From assembly GCA_963835735.1 (NCBI GenBank), contig CAWIGP010000003.1:129737-193736 (forward strand): DNA of 64,000 nt. Direction: 5' to 3'. Within the stretch, counting starts at the first letter, position 1. Each line of letters starts with the position of its first letter. This document shows positions 19,449 to 27,613 of this stretch, piece after piece. The position numbers were made by a program, and so were the translations under genes. Below the pieces are notes generated by a model. It saw only the letters and a list, made by a program, of their open reading frames with translations, was not told the DNA's origin and searched no databases. This stretch comes from an uncultured Solirubrobacteraceae bacterium. Lineage in GTDB: Bacteria > Actinomycetota > Thermoleophilia > Solirubrobacterales > Solirubrobacteraceae.

Positions 19449-20154
19449 CCGCCTCGGGATCCTGACCGAGGGCGGCGCGACCGCCGTCGACCGGGATCAC
19501 GGCGCCGTTGACGAAGCTCGCCGCGGGCGACAGCAGGTGCGCGACCACCTCGGCAACCTCGTCCGGCCGTCCGACTCGGCCGAGCGGGTGGAGCCGGCGC
19601 AGCTCGTCCTCCACCGCATCCAGGCGGCCGGTGGCGATCGAGCCGAGCGCGACCGCGTTCGTGCGGATCCCCCGCGGCCCGTAGTCGACCGCCAGCGCCC
19701 GGGTGAGCCCCTCGATCGCCGCCTTCGCGGTCGCGTACGGGAGCGCGCCCGGCACCGCCCGCTGCGCTTGGTGGGAGGAGACGTTGACGATCGCGCCCGC
19801 CGTGCCGGCGGCGAGGAAGCGGCGCACGGCCACCGAGCAGCCGGTCACCGCGAGGCCGAGGTTCAGCGCGATCAGGTCGAGCAACTCGTGGGCCGGCGTG
19901 TCGTGCACCGCGGCGTCGCGGAACACGGCGGCGTTGTTGACCCAGCCGGACAGCGTGCCCGCGCGCTCGGCGGCATCGGCCGCGCGCTCCGCGACTGCCT
20001 CGTCCGCGGCGTCACCGATAAGCGCCTGCACGCGCTCGTGCGTCCCGTCCGGGTCGGCGACGTCGAGCGCGACGACGTGGCCGTCCCGGGCGAGCCGCTG
20101 CGCGATCGCGAGGCCGATCCCGCGAGCGCCGCCTGTCACGACGTAACTCCGCAT
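19429..20154 (-). CDS. SDR family oxidoreductase
   Basis: C-terminal 241 aa of ORF 19429..20673, start ATG 20154. Contains [12 protein letters not shown] and the YATAK catalytic motif. Confidence 0.8.
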   Translation of the reverse strand: MRSYVVTGGARGIGLAIAQRLARDGHVVALDVADPDGTHERVQALIGDAADEAVAERAADAAERAGTLSGWVNNAAVFRDAAVHDTPAHELLDLIALNLGLAVTGCSVAVRRFLAAGTAGAIVNVSSHQAQRAVPGALPYATAKAAIEGLTRALAVDYGPRGIRTNAVALGSIATGRLDAVEDELRRLHPLGRVGRPDEVAEVVAHLLSPAASFVNGAVIPVDGGRAALGQDPEAVSPAER

Positions 20155-20178
20155 CCAGGCCACCCTAAGCCGTAGCTT

Positions 20179-20790
20179 GTGCGCGTGACGTACGACGAGT
20201 ACGAGTTCGGCTTCTCGTGGATCGCGGACGAGCCGATCACCCGCACCGCGCACGCGCTGGACACGGGCGACGGCGTCTTCCTCGTCGACCCGGTCGACGT
20301 CCCTGAAGCGATCGAGCGGGCGCAGGCGCTCGGTCCGCCCGTGTGCGTGATCCAGCTGCTCGACCGGCACAACCGCGATTGCGCGACGCTTGCGACGCGG
20401 CTCGGCGTGCCGCATCTCCACGTCCCCGACATCGTGCCCGGCAGCCCGTTCGAGGTCGTGCAGGTGCTGAACCTCCCGCGCTGGGTCGAGCGCGCGCTCT
20501 GGTGGCCCGAGCGGCGCGCGCTCGTGGTCGCCGAGGCGCTCGGCACCAACCCCGTCTACCGGCTCGGCGACGGAGCCGCCGGCATCCACCCGCTGCTGCG
20601 CGCCTTCCCGCCGCACGCGCTGCGCCGCTACCAGCCGGAGCACCTGCTCGTCGGTCACGGCCGGGGCGTGCACGGGCCGGCGGCGACCGCCGCGCTCGAG
20701 GACGCCTACGAGCGCTCGCGCAAGGATCTGCCGAAGCTCGTGCTCAGGCTGCCGGAGATGGCGCGTGCGGTGATCAAGCCCCGCCGCTGA
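20179..20790 (+). CDS. hypothetical protein
   Basis: 203-aa ORF with coding-like composition. No family recognised with confidence; there is a weak resemblance to MBL-fold proteins around LLDRHNRD. Confidence 0.45.
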   Translation: MRVTYDEYEFGFSWIADEPITRTAHALDTGDGVFLVDPVDVPEAIERAQALGPPVCVIQLLDRHNRDCATLATRLGVPHLHVPDIVPGSPFEVVQVLNLPRWVERALWWPERRALVVAEALGTNPVYRLGDGAAGIHPLLRAFPPHALRRYQPEHLLVGHGRGVHGPAATAALEDAYERSRKDLPKLVLRLPEMARAVIKPRR

Positions 20791-20975
20791 CGGCTCGTTC
20801 GAGCCGCCCGACGGCCCACGCGCCCGAGCGCAGGCCGAGATAGAGCGACAGCAGCGCGCTCGTCAGGAGCAACTCGCCGGTGGGGGGAGGGGCCGTGCGA
20901 TCCATGGTCCTGACTGTATTCCCGGCGGGTGGGGGTGGGTACGGACCTGGGGTCGGAAACCGACTCGACCGGATG

Positions 20976-23597
20976 TCAGCCCGTATTGCGCATCCCGGCG
21001 GCGATGCCGGTGATCGTCGCCAGCAGCGGCTCGTGCGCCTCGGCCTGTCCGGCGCGCGCCCGCGCGAGCAGCTCGACCTGCAGGTGCGAGAGCGGGTCGA
21101 TCCACGGGTTGCGATGCGACAGGCGGCGCTGCAGCGCGGGCGAGTCGTCGAGCAGCGAAGGTGCGCCGGTGATCTCGAGCAGCCGGCCGACGACCTGGTC
21201 GTGCTCGCGCGCGACGTCGGGCCAGAACCGGTCGCGCAGCTCGGGCTCGACGAGCTGCAGGTAGCGCTCGGCGACACCGAGGTCGGTCTTGTACAGCGCC
21301 ATCTCGAGCGTCGACAGCAGGCTGCGGAAGAACGGCCAGCGCGCTGTCATCTCGCGCTGCAGCTCGAGCGATCCCTCGGTCAGCGCCGCGCCGGCGCCGT
21401 ACCACGACGGCAGCAGCAGCCGGTTCTGCGTCCACGCGAACACCCACGGGATCGCGCGCAGCGCCTCGATCCCGCCCGACGCGCGCGTGGACGGGCGCGA
21501 GCCGATGTTCAGCGACGTCAGCTCGGCGAGCGGCGTGGCCTGCTCGAAGAAGCGGGGGAAGTCGGGGTCGTCGTAAACGAGCGCGCGGTAGCGCTCGCGC
21601 GAGCGCGCCGACATCCGCTCCATCTCCGCGCGCCACGGCTCCGGAACAAGCGGCTGCTGGCGCGCCGACGCGAGCAGCACAGCGGACAGCGTCTGCTCGA
21701 GCGAGCGCACCGCCAGCTCGGGATCGCCGTAGCGGGCCGAGACCGTCTCGCCCTGCTCGGTGATCCGGATGCGTCCGCGCAGGGACGCGCGTGGCTGGGC
21801 GAGGATCGCGCGGTGCATCCGCCCGCCGCCGCGCGACGGCGAACCGCCGCGGCCGTGGAACAGCTCCAGCTCCAACCCCGCCTCGGCCGCCTGCGCCGCG
21901 AGCCGCTCCTGCGCGACGTGCAGCGCCCACTGGCTCGACACGAAGCCCGAGTCCTTCCCCGAGTCCGAGTAGCCGAGCATGATCAGCTGTCGGTCGCCGT
22001 GGGCGCGCAGCGCGTCGCGGTAGACCGGCGTGTCGTAGAGCGTCGCCATCGTCTCGGGGGCGCCCTCGAGATCCGCCAGCGTCTCGAACAGCGGCGCGAG
22101 CCGCAGCTGCGCGCCGGCGCGGCGCGTGAGCCAGAGCGCGGCGAGCACGTCGGACGGCGACTGCGTCATCGACAGCACCAGCACCGGCACCGCGCGCTTG
22201 CCGTATGCCTCGCGCGCGAGCGCGACCGTGTCGAGCACGCGCAGCAGCTCGCCGGCCTGGCCCTCCGGGCGGCGGACCAACCCGCGCCGCTGGTCGCCGA
22301 TCGCCTCCTGCAGCAGCCGCGTCCGCTCCGCTTCGCCGGCGTCGCGGTAGCCGGGGAGCAGCGTGGCGACCGCGTCGTGCACGACCGAGGCCGACTGGCG
22401 CACGTCGAGGCTCGCGACGTGGAAGCCGAAGACGTCGATCTGCAACAGCAGCCGGCGCAGGCTCGCGTGTGCGACGTGCGCGGAGCCGACGCTCTGCAGC
22501 ACGAGCCAGAGGTCGTCGCGCAGCTCATCCGGGTCGCCGTAACCTGGCTCGCGCGCCAGCGGGTTGAGCATGTTGTCGAGCCGGTGCGTGATGAAGCCCA
22601 GCTTGGTGCGCAGCGGCTCGTACTCGCGGTTGGCGCGGCGCAGCACGCGCGCCGACGGCAGCTCCAGCGCGTCGCGCTCCAGCGACGCCTCCAGGGCGGG
22701 GGAGACCGGCACGCGGCGGGAGGAATGCGAGAAGTGCTGGGCGAGCAGGTCGACGCGCTCGCGCAGCATTCGCAGCGCGGTCTCGCGGTGCAGCGCGAGC
22801 GTGCGCGCGAGCGTCTCGGCGCCGACCTCGGGGTGGCCGTCCATGTCCGAGCCGGCCCACGAGCCGAACGCCAGCTCGCGCCCGTCGACGCGGACGTCGA
22901 AGCAGCGCTCGAGCTCCTCGAGCACCTCGGGGACCGCGTCGTACAGCGTCGCCTCGAAGAAGAAGAGGTTGCGGCGGACCTCGTCCTCGACCATCGGCCG
23001 CACGCGCCGCACCTCATCGGTCTGCCACCAGATCGTCAGCGCCTCGCGCAGCTCGGAGGTGAGTGCCCGCCGGCGCGAGCGCCCGATCCGCGGGTCGTCG
23101 AGCCGGTCAAGCAGCTTGGCGACGTGGACCTGGTGGTCGAGCACCGAGCGGCGGGTGGCCTCGGTCGGGTGCGCGGTCAGGACGAGCTCGACGTGCAGGC
23201 TGCGCAGCGCGGCGGCGAGGTCGGCGCCGTCGGCGCGCAGCAGGTCGGCGGCCTCCATCAGTGACTCCCGCTGGCGCACGCCGGTCGCGTCGTAGTGGCG
23301 CCTCCTGCGCACGCGCTCGCGCTCTTCGGCGATGTTCGCGAGCTGGAGCTGGAGCGCGCACGCGCGGATGCACGGCTCGACCTCCTCCTGCGGCAGCCCG
23401 CGCACGAGCTCGCCGAGCGCGGCGCCCGCGCTCGCGTCCCCATTGCGGACGTCGGCGGCCGACTCGTGCAGCCAGCGCACGGTGCGGGCGAACCCCTCGC
23501 CGGACTGCTCGACGAGCACGTCGTGTAGGACGGAGGAGAGAAGCTCGGAGTCGCGCGCGAGCGCGTCTTGTGTTGCGGCCTCGGTGGCGACTGACAT
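20976..23597 (-). CDS. ppc: phosphoenolpyruvate carboxylase
   Basis: ORF 20976..23867, start taken at MSVATEAATQD (ATG 23597). Contains the PEPC motifs VLTAHPTE, GYSDSGKD and FHGRGGSPSRGGG, plus the C-terminal MRNTG. Confidence 0.9.
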   Translation of the reverse strand: MSVATEAATQDALARDSELLSSVLHDVLVEQSGEGFARTVRWLHESAADVRNGDASAGAALGELVRGLPQEEVEPCIRACALQLQLANIAEERERVRRRRHYDATGVRQRESLMEAADLLRADGADLAAALRSLHVELVLTAHPTEATRRSVLDHQVHVAKLLDRLDDPRIGRSRRRALTSELREALTIWWQTDEVRRVRPMVEDEVRRNLFFFEATLYDAVPEVLEELERCFDVRVDGRELAFGSWAGSDMDGHPEVGAETLARTLALHRETALRMLRERVDLLAQHFSHSSRRVPVSPALEASLERDALELPSARVLRRANREYEPLRTKLGFITHRLDNMLNPLAREPGYGDPDELRDDLWLVLQSVGSAHVAHASLRRLLLQIDVFGFHVASLDVRQSASVVHDAVATLLPGYRDAGEAERTRLLQEAIGDQRRGLVRRPEGQAGELLRVLDTVALAREAYGKRAVPVLVLSMTQSPSDVLAALWLTRRAGAQLRLAPLFETLADLEGAPETMATLYDTPVYRDALRAHGDRQLIMLGYSDSGKDSGFVSSQWALHVAQERLAAQAAEAGLELELFHGRGGSPSRGGGRMHRAILAQPRASLRGRIRITEQGETVSARYGDPELAVRSLEQTLSAVLLASARQQPLVPEPWRAEMERMSARSRERYRALVYDDPDFPRFFEQATPLAELTSLNIGSRPSTRASGGIEALRAIPWVFAWTQNRLLLPSWYGAGAALTEGSLELQREMTARWPFFRSLLSTLEMALYKTDLGVAERYLQLVEPELRDRFWPDVAREHDQVVGRLLEITGAPSLLDDSPALQRRLSHRNPWIDPLSHLQVELLARARAGQAEAHEPLLATITGIAAGMRNTG

Positions 23598-23707
23598 CGG
23601 GTGTTCGAGTGTGCCAGGTTGGTGCGCCGGCGCCCGCGGTGCTGCCGGCGTGTGTGTACTGCGGCATTGAAGGAGGGGGATCGGGTCTGGTCGCGGCTCG
23701 CGAGAGC

Positions 23708-23940
23708 GACCAAAACGTCGAGATCGCGTCACGATCGCACTGCGTCTCGACGTTGTGGTCGGATAGCAGCCAAAACGTCGAGCACCTCCCGCGATCGGCG
23801 CCCCGATCGACGTTTTGGTCGTTCCGGTCCGCAAAACGTCGAGCTCCCGGCCGGCTTGCCGGCCCACCCGACGTTATGCGGCCACCAGCCGCAAAACGTC
23901 GCGCGGCTCCGCCACGAGCCGCGCGCTCGACGTTTGCGGC
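23708..23940. repeat. four tandem ~60-nt stem-loop units with conserved AAAACGTCGAG / CTCGACGTTTT arms and variable GC-rich loops
   Basis: 5' arms lie at 23708, 23769, 23829 and 23888. 3' arms end at 23760, 23820, 23881 and 23940. Stems are 12-15 bp. Confidence 0.85.
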
Positions 23941-23964
23941 CACGCCGAACCCGCTCCCCTCACT

Positions 23965-24275
23965 GCCCGCCGTACCCCAGCGGCGGCGCCCAGCGGGCGT
24001 GCCGCGCCTACGCGAGCGGTGGCGCCGAGCGGGGCGTGCCGCGCCTACGCGAGCGGTGGCGCCGAGCGGGGCGTGCCGCGCCTACGCGAGCGGTGGCGCC
24101 GAGCGGGGCGTGCCGCGCCTACGCGAGCGGTGGCGCCGAGCGGGGCGTGCCGCGCCTACGCGAGCGGTGGCGCCGAGCGGGGCGTGCCGCGCCTACACGA
24201 GCCGGTGGCGCCCAGCGGGGCGTGCCGTGCCTATACGAGCCGGCGGCGCCCAGCCGGGCGCGCCGCGCCTACAAC
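23965..24275. repeat. 37-nt tandem repeat: 5 identical copies plus about 3 diverged 38-nt copies
   Basis: Unit CGTGCCGCGCCTACGCGAGCGGTGGCGCCGAGCGGGG starts at 23998, 24035, 24072, 24109 and 24146. Variants start at 24183, 24221 and 24259, and a degenerate copy precedes 23998. The last copy overlaps the MocR stop codon. Confidence 0.9.
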
Positions 24276-25720
24276 CCCGCGTCCCGCAACGCCGCCGCCA
24301 ACCCGGCGACCGCCGCGTCCACGCCGGCCGTCGGCACGCGCCCGTACCCGAGCACCAACCGCGTCGGGCCGCGCGGCACGAGCGCGTGCCGCCGCGCCCC
24401 GAGGTCGTCCGCCACCACCCCGTGCGCGGCGTTCGCCTTGCGCAGGCGCACCGGGTCGAGCGCGACCGGCAGCGCGAGTACGAGGTGCACTCCGGCCGCG
24501 GCACCCTCGATCCGCCCCTCCGGCACCTCGCGCGCGAGCGCGGCGACGAGCCGGTCGCGCCGCTCGGCGTACGTGCGCCGCACGCGACGCAGATGACGGT
24601 CGTGCTCGCCCGAGGCGATCAGGTGCGCCAGCGCGAGCTGGTCGAGCGCGGGCGAGCCGGAGTCGGCTGCGAGCTTCGCGGTCGCCACCGCGGGGGCGAG
24701 CGCAGCGGGGGCGAGGATCCAGCCGAGCCGCAGCGCGGGCGCGAGCGTCTTGGACGCCGTCCCGACGTACACGACGCGCGCGGGATCGAGCCCCTGCAGC
24801 GCGGCGAGCGGACGGCGGTCGTAGCGGAACTCCGCGTCGTAGTCGTCCTCGATCACGATCCGGTCGCCGTCGTGCGCCCAGGCCAGCAGTGCGTGGCGGC
24901 GCTCGGGGCCCATCACCGCGCCGGTCGGGAACTGGTGGCTGGGGGTGACGACGACCGCGTCCGCGCCGGACGCGGCGAGCGCATCCACGCGCAGCCCTTC
25001 GCCGTCGAGCGGCACCGGCGCGGTCTCGAGCCCGGCGTGCGCGGCGGCGTCCCAGTGGTCGCTCAGCGACGGGTCCTCGAGCGCGACGCGGCGGGCGCCG
25101 CGCTCCGCGAGCGCCGAGAACAGAAGCCCCACGGCCTGGCTGTAACCCGCGCACACGACGATGCCTGCGGGATCGGCGGCCGTGCCGCGCACGCGGCCGA
25201 GGTAGCCCGCGAGCGCCTCGCGCAGCGCACGGCTGCCGAAGCCGCTGCCGTAGTCGAGCTCGGCGTCGGGCGCCTCGGCCGCGGCGTGCGCGACCGCGCG
25301 CGCCCACTCGCGGCGGGGGAAGAGCGAAACGTCCGGCGTCGTCGGCGTGAAGTCGAAGCGCACGGCCGCGCGCCGTGGCGGCTCGGCGCGCACGGGCTCG
25401 GCGGCGGGAGCGGCGGCGACGACGGTGCCGGCGCCGCGGCGCGCGGCGAGCCAGCCCTCCGCGCTGAGCTGCTCGTAGGCGTCGGTGACGACGCCGCGCG
25501 AGACGCCGAGCTGCGCCGCGAGCGCCCGCGACGCGGGCAGCCGCACGCCGGTTCGCAGCCGGCCGCCGCGGATCGCGTCGCGCAGCTCGCCGGCGAGCTG
25601 CCGCCGCAGCGGCTCCGCCGCGGCGTGGTCGAGCGCGATCAGCAGGCCCGCCTCCTCGCCGCCTGCCGCCTCGTCGCCCGCGGCCGCTACGTCCCCTGCG
25701 CCCTTGTCCCGCGTTGCCAT
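24269..25720 (-). CDS. MocR-subfamily GntR regulator (wHTH fused to a PLP-dependent aminotransferase-like domain)
   Basis: 483-aa ORF with a GntR HTH (LPASRALAAQLGVSRGVVTDAYEQLSAEGWL) followed by fold-type-I aminotransferase-like sequence with a candidate PLP-lysine region (YVGTASKTLAP). Confidence 0.85.
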   Translation of the reverse strand: MATRDKGAGDVAAAGDEAAGGEEAGLLIALDHAAAEPLRRQLAGELRDAIRGGRLRTGVRLPASRALAAQLGVSRGVVTDAYEQLSAEGWLAARRGAGTVVAAAPAAEPVRAEPPRRAAVRFDFTPTTPDVSLFPRREWARAVAHAAAEAPDAELDYGSGFGSRALREALAGYLGRVRGTAADPAGIVVCAGYSQAVGLLFSALAERGARRVALEDPSLSDHWDAAAHAGLETAPVPLDGEGLRVDALAASGADAVVVTPSHQFPTGAVMGPERRHALLAWAHDGDRIVIEDDYDAEFRYDRRPLAALQGLDPARVVYVGTASKTLAPALRLGWILAPAALAPAVATAKLAADSGSPALDQLALAHLIASGEHDRHLRRVRRTYAERRDRLVAALAREVPEGRIEGAAAGVHLVLALPVALDPVRLRKANAAHGVVADDLGARRHALVPRGPTRLVLGYGRVPTAGVDAAVAGLAAALRDAGL

Positions 25721-25797
25721 CCTCCAATGATTGGCCCTACGGACGGCGCCGTCAATGGCCCTGGACCAAGGACCACTTGGCGCCGATCCTTCGGGCT

Positions 25798-26475
25798 GTG
25801 AGCTCCCCGGCCGCAGCCCGCAGCCGCACCGCCGCGCCGTCCGAGCGCGTGCGCGTCCGCCGCGTGCACGACAAGGCGTCGTACGCCGGCGACGACGTCA
25901 AGGCCATCCTCGACGAGGCGCTCGTGGCGCACCTCGGCTTCGCCCACGAAGGCCAGCCGTTCGTGATCCCCACGCTGCACGCGCGGCTCGACGACGAGGT
26001 GTACGTGCACGGCTCCTCCGCCAGCCGGACGCTGCGCGCGCTCGGCGGCGCGCTGCCCGCGTGCCTCACGGTGACGCTGCTCGACGGGCTCGTGTTCGCG
26101 CGCTCGGTGTTCGAGATGAGCGCCAACTACCGCTCGGTCGTCGTGCTCGGCGAGGCCCGCGCCGTCAAGGACCGCGACGAGAAGCTGCGCGCCCTGCACG
26201 CCTTCTCCGACCAGGTCATGCCCGGTCGCTGGGACGAGGTGCGCAAGCCGACGCGGCAGGAGCTCAAGGCGACCGCGGTGCTCGCGCTGTCGCTCACCGA
26301 GGCGTCCGCGAAGATCTCGGCCGGCGGCCCCGACGACGGCGAGACCGAGGACGGCGAACTGCCCGTGTGGGCCGGCCACGTCCCGCTCCGGCTCGTGGCC
26401 GGAGAGCCGATCCCATGCCCGCACCTGCGCCCGGACATCCGCGTCCCGGCGGACATCGCGAACTACGCGCGCTGA
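25798..26475 (+). CDS. pyridoxamine 5'-phosphate oxidase family (Pyridox_ox_2-like) flavin-binding protein
   Basis: ORF 25714..26475. Start uncertain; GTG 25798 was chosen to avoid overlapping the divergent MocR gene. Split-barrel-like sequence (GFAHEGQPFVIPTLHARLDDEVYVHGS). Confidence 0.65.
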   Translation: MSSPAAARSRTAAPSERVRVRRVHDKASYAGDDVKAILDEALVAHLGFAHEGQPFVIPTLHARLDDEVYVHGSSASRTLRALGGALPACLTVTLLDGLVFARSVFEMSANYRSVVVLGEARAVKDRDEKLRALHAFSDQVMPGRWDEVRKPTRQELKATAVLALSLTEASAKISAGGPDDGETEDGELPVWAGHVPLRLVAGEPIPCPHLRPDIRVPADIANYAR

Positions 26476-26846
26476 CCCAGCTCGGCGACGAGCACCGGCA
26501 GGCTGCGCCCAAACGACCGCACGCCCGGCGGCAGCGGCGCGGACCCGTCGCGCACGATCCGCACCGACGCGAACCGCTCCCGGCGCCCGCGCCGGATCAC
26601 CTCGCCGCCGTCGGCGGCGACCACGTTGCGCACCCATTGCGCGGCGGCGCCGTAGTACAGGACCACGCAGAGCGTCGAGCCAGAGCGCCAGGCGAGCACC
26701 GGCGTGCGGTACTCGGTCCCCGAGCGCCGGCCGCGATGGACGATCACCGCCCCAGGCGGAATCCACGGCGCCAGCCGCCCCGTGACCGGGTTGACCACGC
26801 GCTTGTTGACCTCGGGCAGCCACGACGGCATGAGCGACTCGCGCAT
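26463..26846 (-). CDS. deazaflavin (F420)-dependent nitroreductase-family protein (DUF385-like)
   Basis: 127-aa ORF. VNPVTGRLAPW...VIVHRGRRSGTEYRTPV...YGAAAQWVRNV resembles the small F420H2-dependent reductase family. Confidence 0.65.
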   Translation of the reverse strand: MRESLMPSWLPEVNKRVVNPVTGRLAPWIPPGAVIVHRGRRSGTEYRTPVLAWRSGSTLCVVLYYGAAAQWVRNVVAADGGEVIRRGRRERFASVRIVRDGSAPLPPGVRSFGRSLPVLVAELGQRA

Positions 26847-26949
26847 GACGACATCATCGCGCCTCGCGGCGCTCGCTCGCGCACGGCCGTAAGGAGCGGG
26901 TTTCCGGAGTCCTGGGGCGGGCAGTTAGGGTCTCGCACGGAGCAGCAAA

Positions 26950-27492
26950 TTGCCCGGCCGTTTCCCCCCATCGGCCCGGTTGGCATTGCCGGCCCTGGTC
27001 GCCGCGATCGCGGTGGACGGAACGGCGACGGCGGCCGTCGACCCCCCGAACTGTCCACCCGGCGCGAGCGACCGGGCAGCGATCGTCTGCGAGATCAACG
27101 CCGCGCGCGCGGAGGCCGGGCGCGGGACGGTGCGCAGCCGCCCGGCCCTTGTCGAAGCCGCCCGCGCGCACTCGTCCGACATGGTTCAGCGGAACTACTT
27201 CGCGCACGAGAGCCCGGAGGGGGCGGGACCCGCCGACCGCGCGCGGCGCGCCGGGTACATGCGCAACACCGACGAGTGGCAGGTCGGCGAGGTGCTGCTG
27301 TGGTCGCGCGGGGAGCCGTTGACGGCGGCGCGCGCCGTCGAGCTGTGGCTCGACAGCCCGGCCCACAAGCACATCCTGCTCGCGCGCCGCTACCGCGAGG
27401 TTGGCGTCGGCCCGGTCGCCGGCGCGCCGATGGGAGATCCCGGCCGGCAGCCCGCCACGACCGTCACCGCCGTGTTCGGGCGAAGGAGATGA
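26950..27492 (+). CDS. CAP/SCP (YkwD-like) domain secreted protein
   Basis: 180-aa ORF with a TTG start and a signal-like N-terminus. Contains the CAP-domain motifs (INAARAEAG, HSSDMVQRNYFAHES, WLDSPAHKHILL). Confidence 0.75.
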   Translation: MPGRFPPSARLALPALVAAIAVDGTATAAVDPPNCPPGASDRAAIVCEINAARAEAGRGTVRSRPALVEAARAHSSDMVQRNYFAHESPEGAGPADRARRAGYMRNTDEWQVGEVLLWSRGEPLTAARAVELWLDSPAHKHILLARRYREVGVGPVAGAPMGDPGRQPATTVTAVFGRRR

Positions 27493-27613
27493 GCCGGCGC
27501 GCGAGCAGCTCGGCCCAGTCCGCGATGCCCGCCCACAGGTGGCCGAGCGGGCCGGTGACGAGCCATGCCGCGAGCCGGGAGCGCATGTAGCGACGGTATC
27601 GTGGAGGCCGCCC

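Noticed and set aside
23708-23940. Integron attC-like sites (imperfect inverted repeats with variable centres)
   Set aside because: The arm ends do not fit the RYYYAAC / GTTRRRY core sites. The units are contiguous with no cassettes between them, and no intI gene is present.
23965-24275. Possible CRISPR array (regular ~37-nt repeats)
   Set aside because: The repeats are directly adjacent with no unique spacers, and no cas genes are nearby. It is a plain tandem repeat.
23601-24948. ORFs 23601..24596+ and 23815..24948+ spanning the repeat region
   Set aside because: They merely translate the hairpin units and the 37-nt repeat, giving periodic RAYASGGAERGVPRLRERWRRAG strings. The period is not a multiple of 3, so the frame rotates through the copies.
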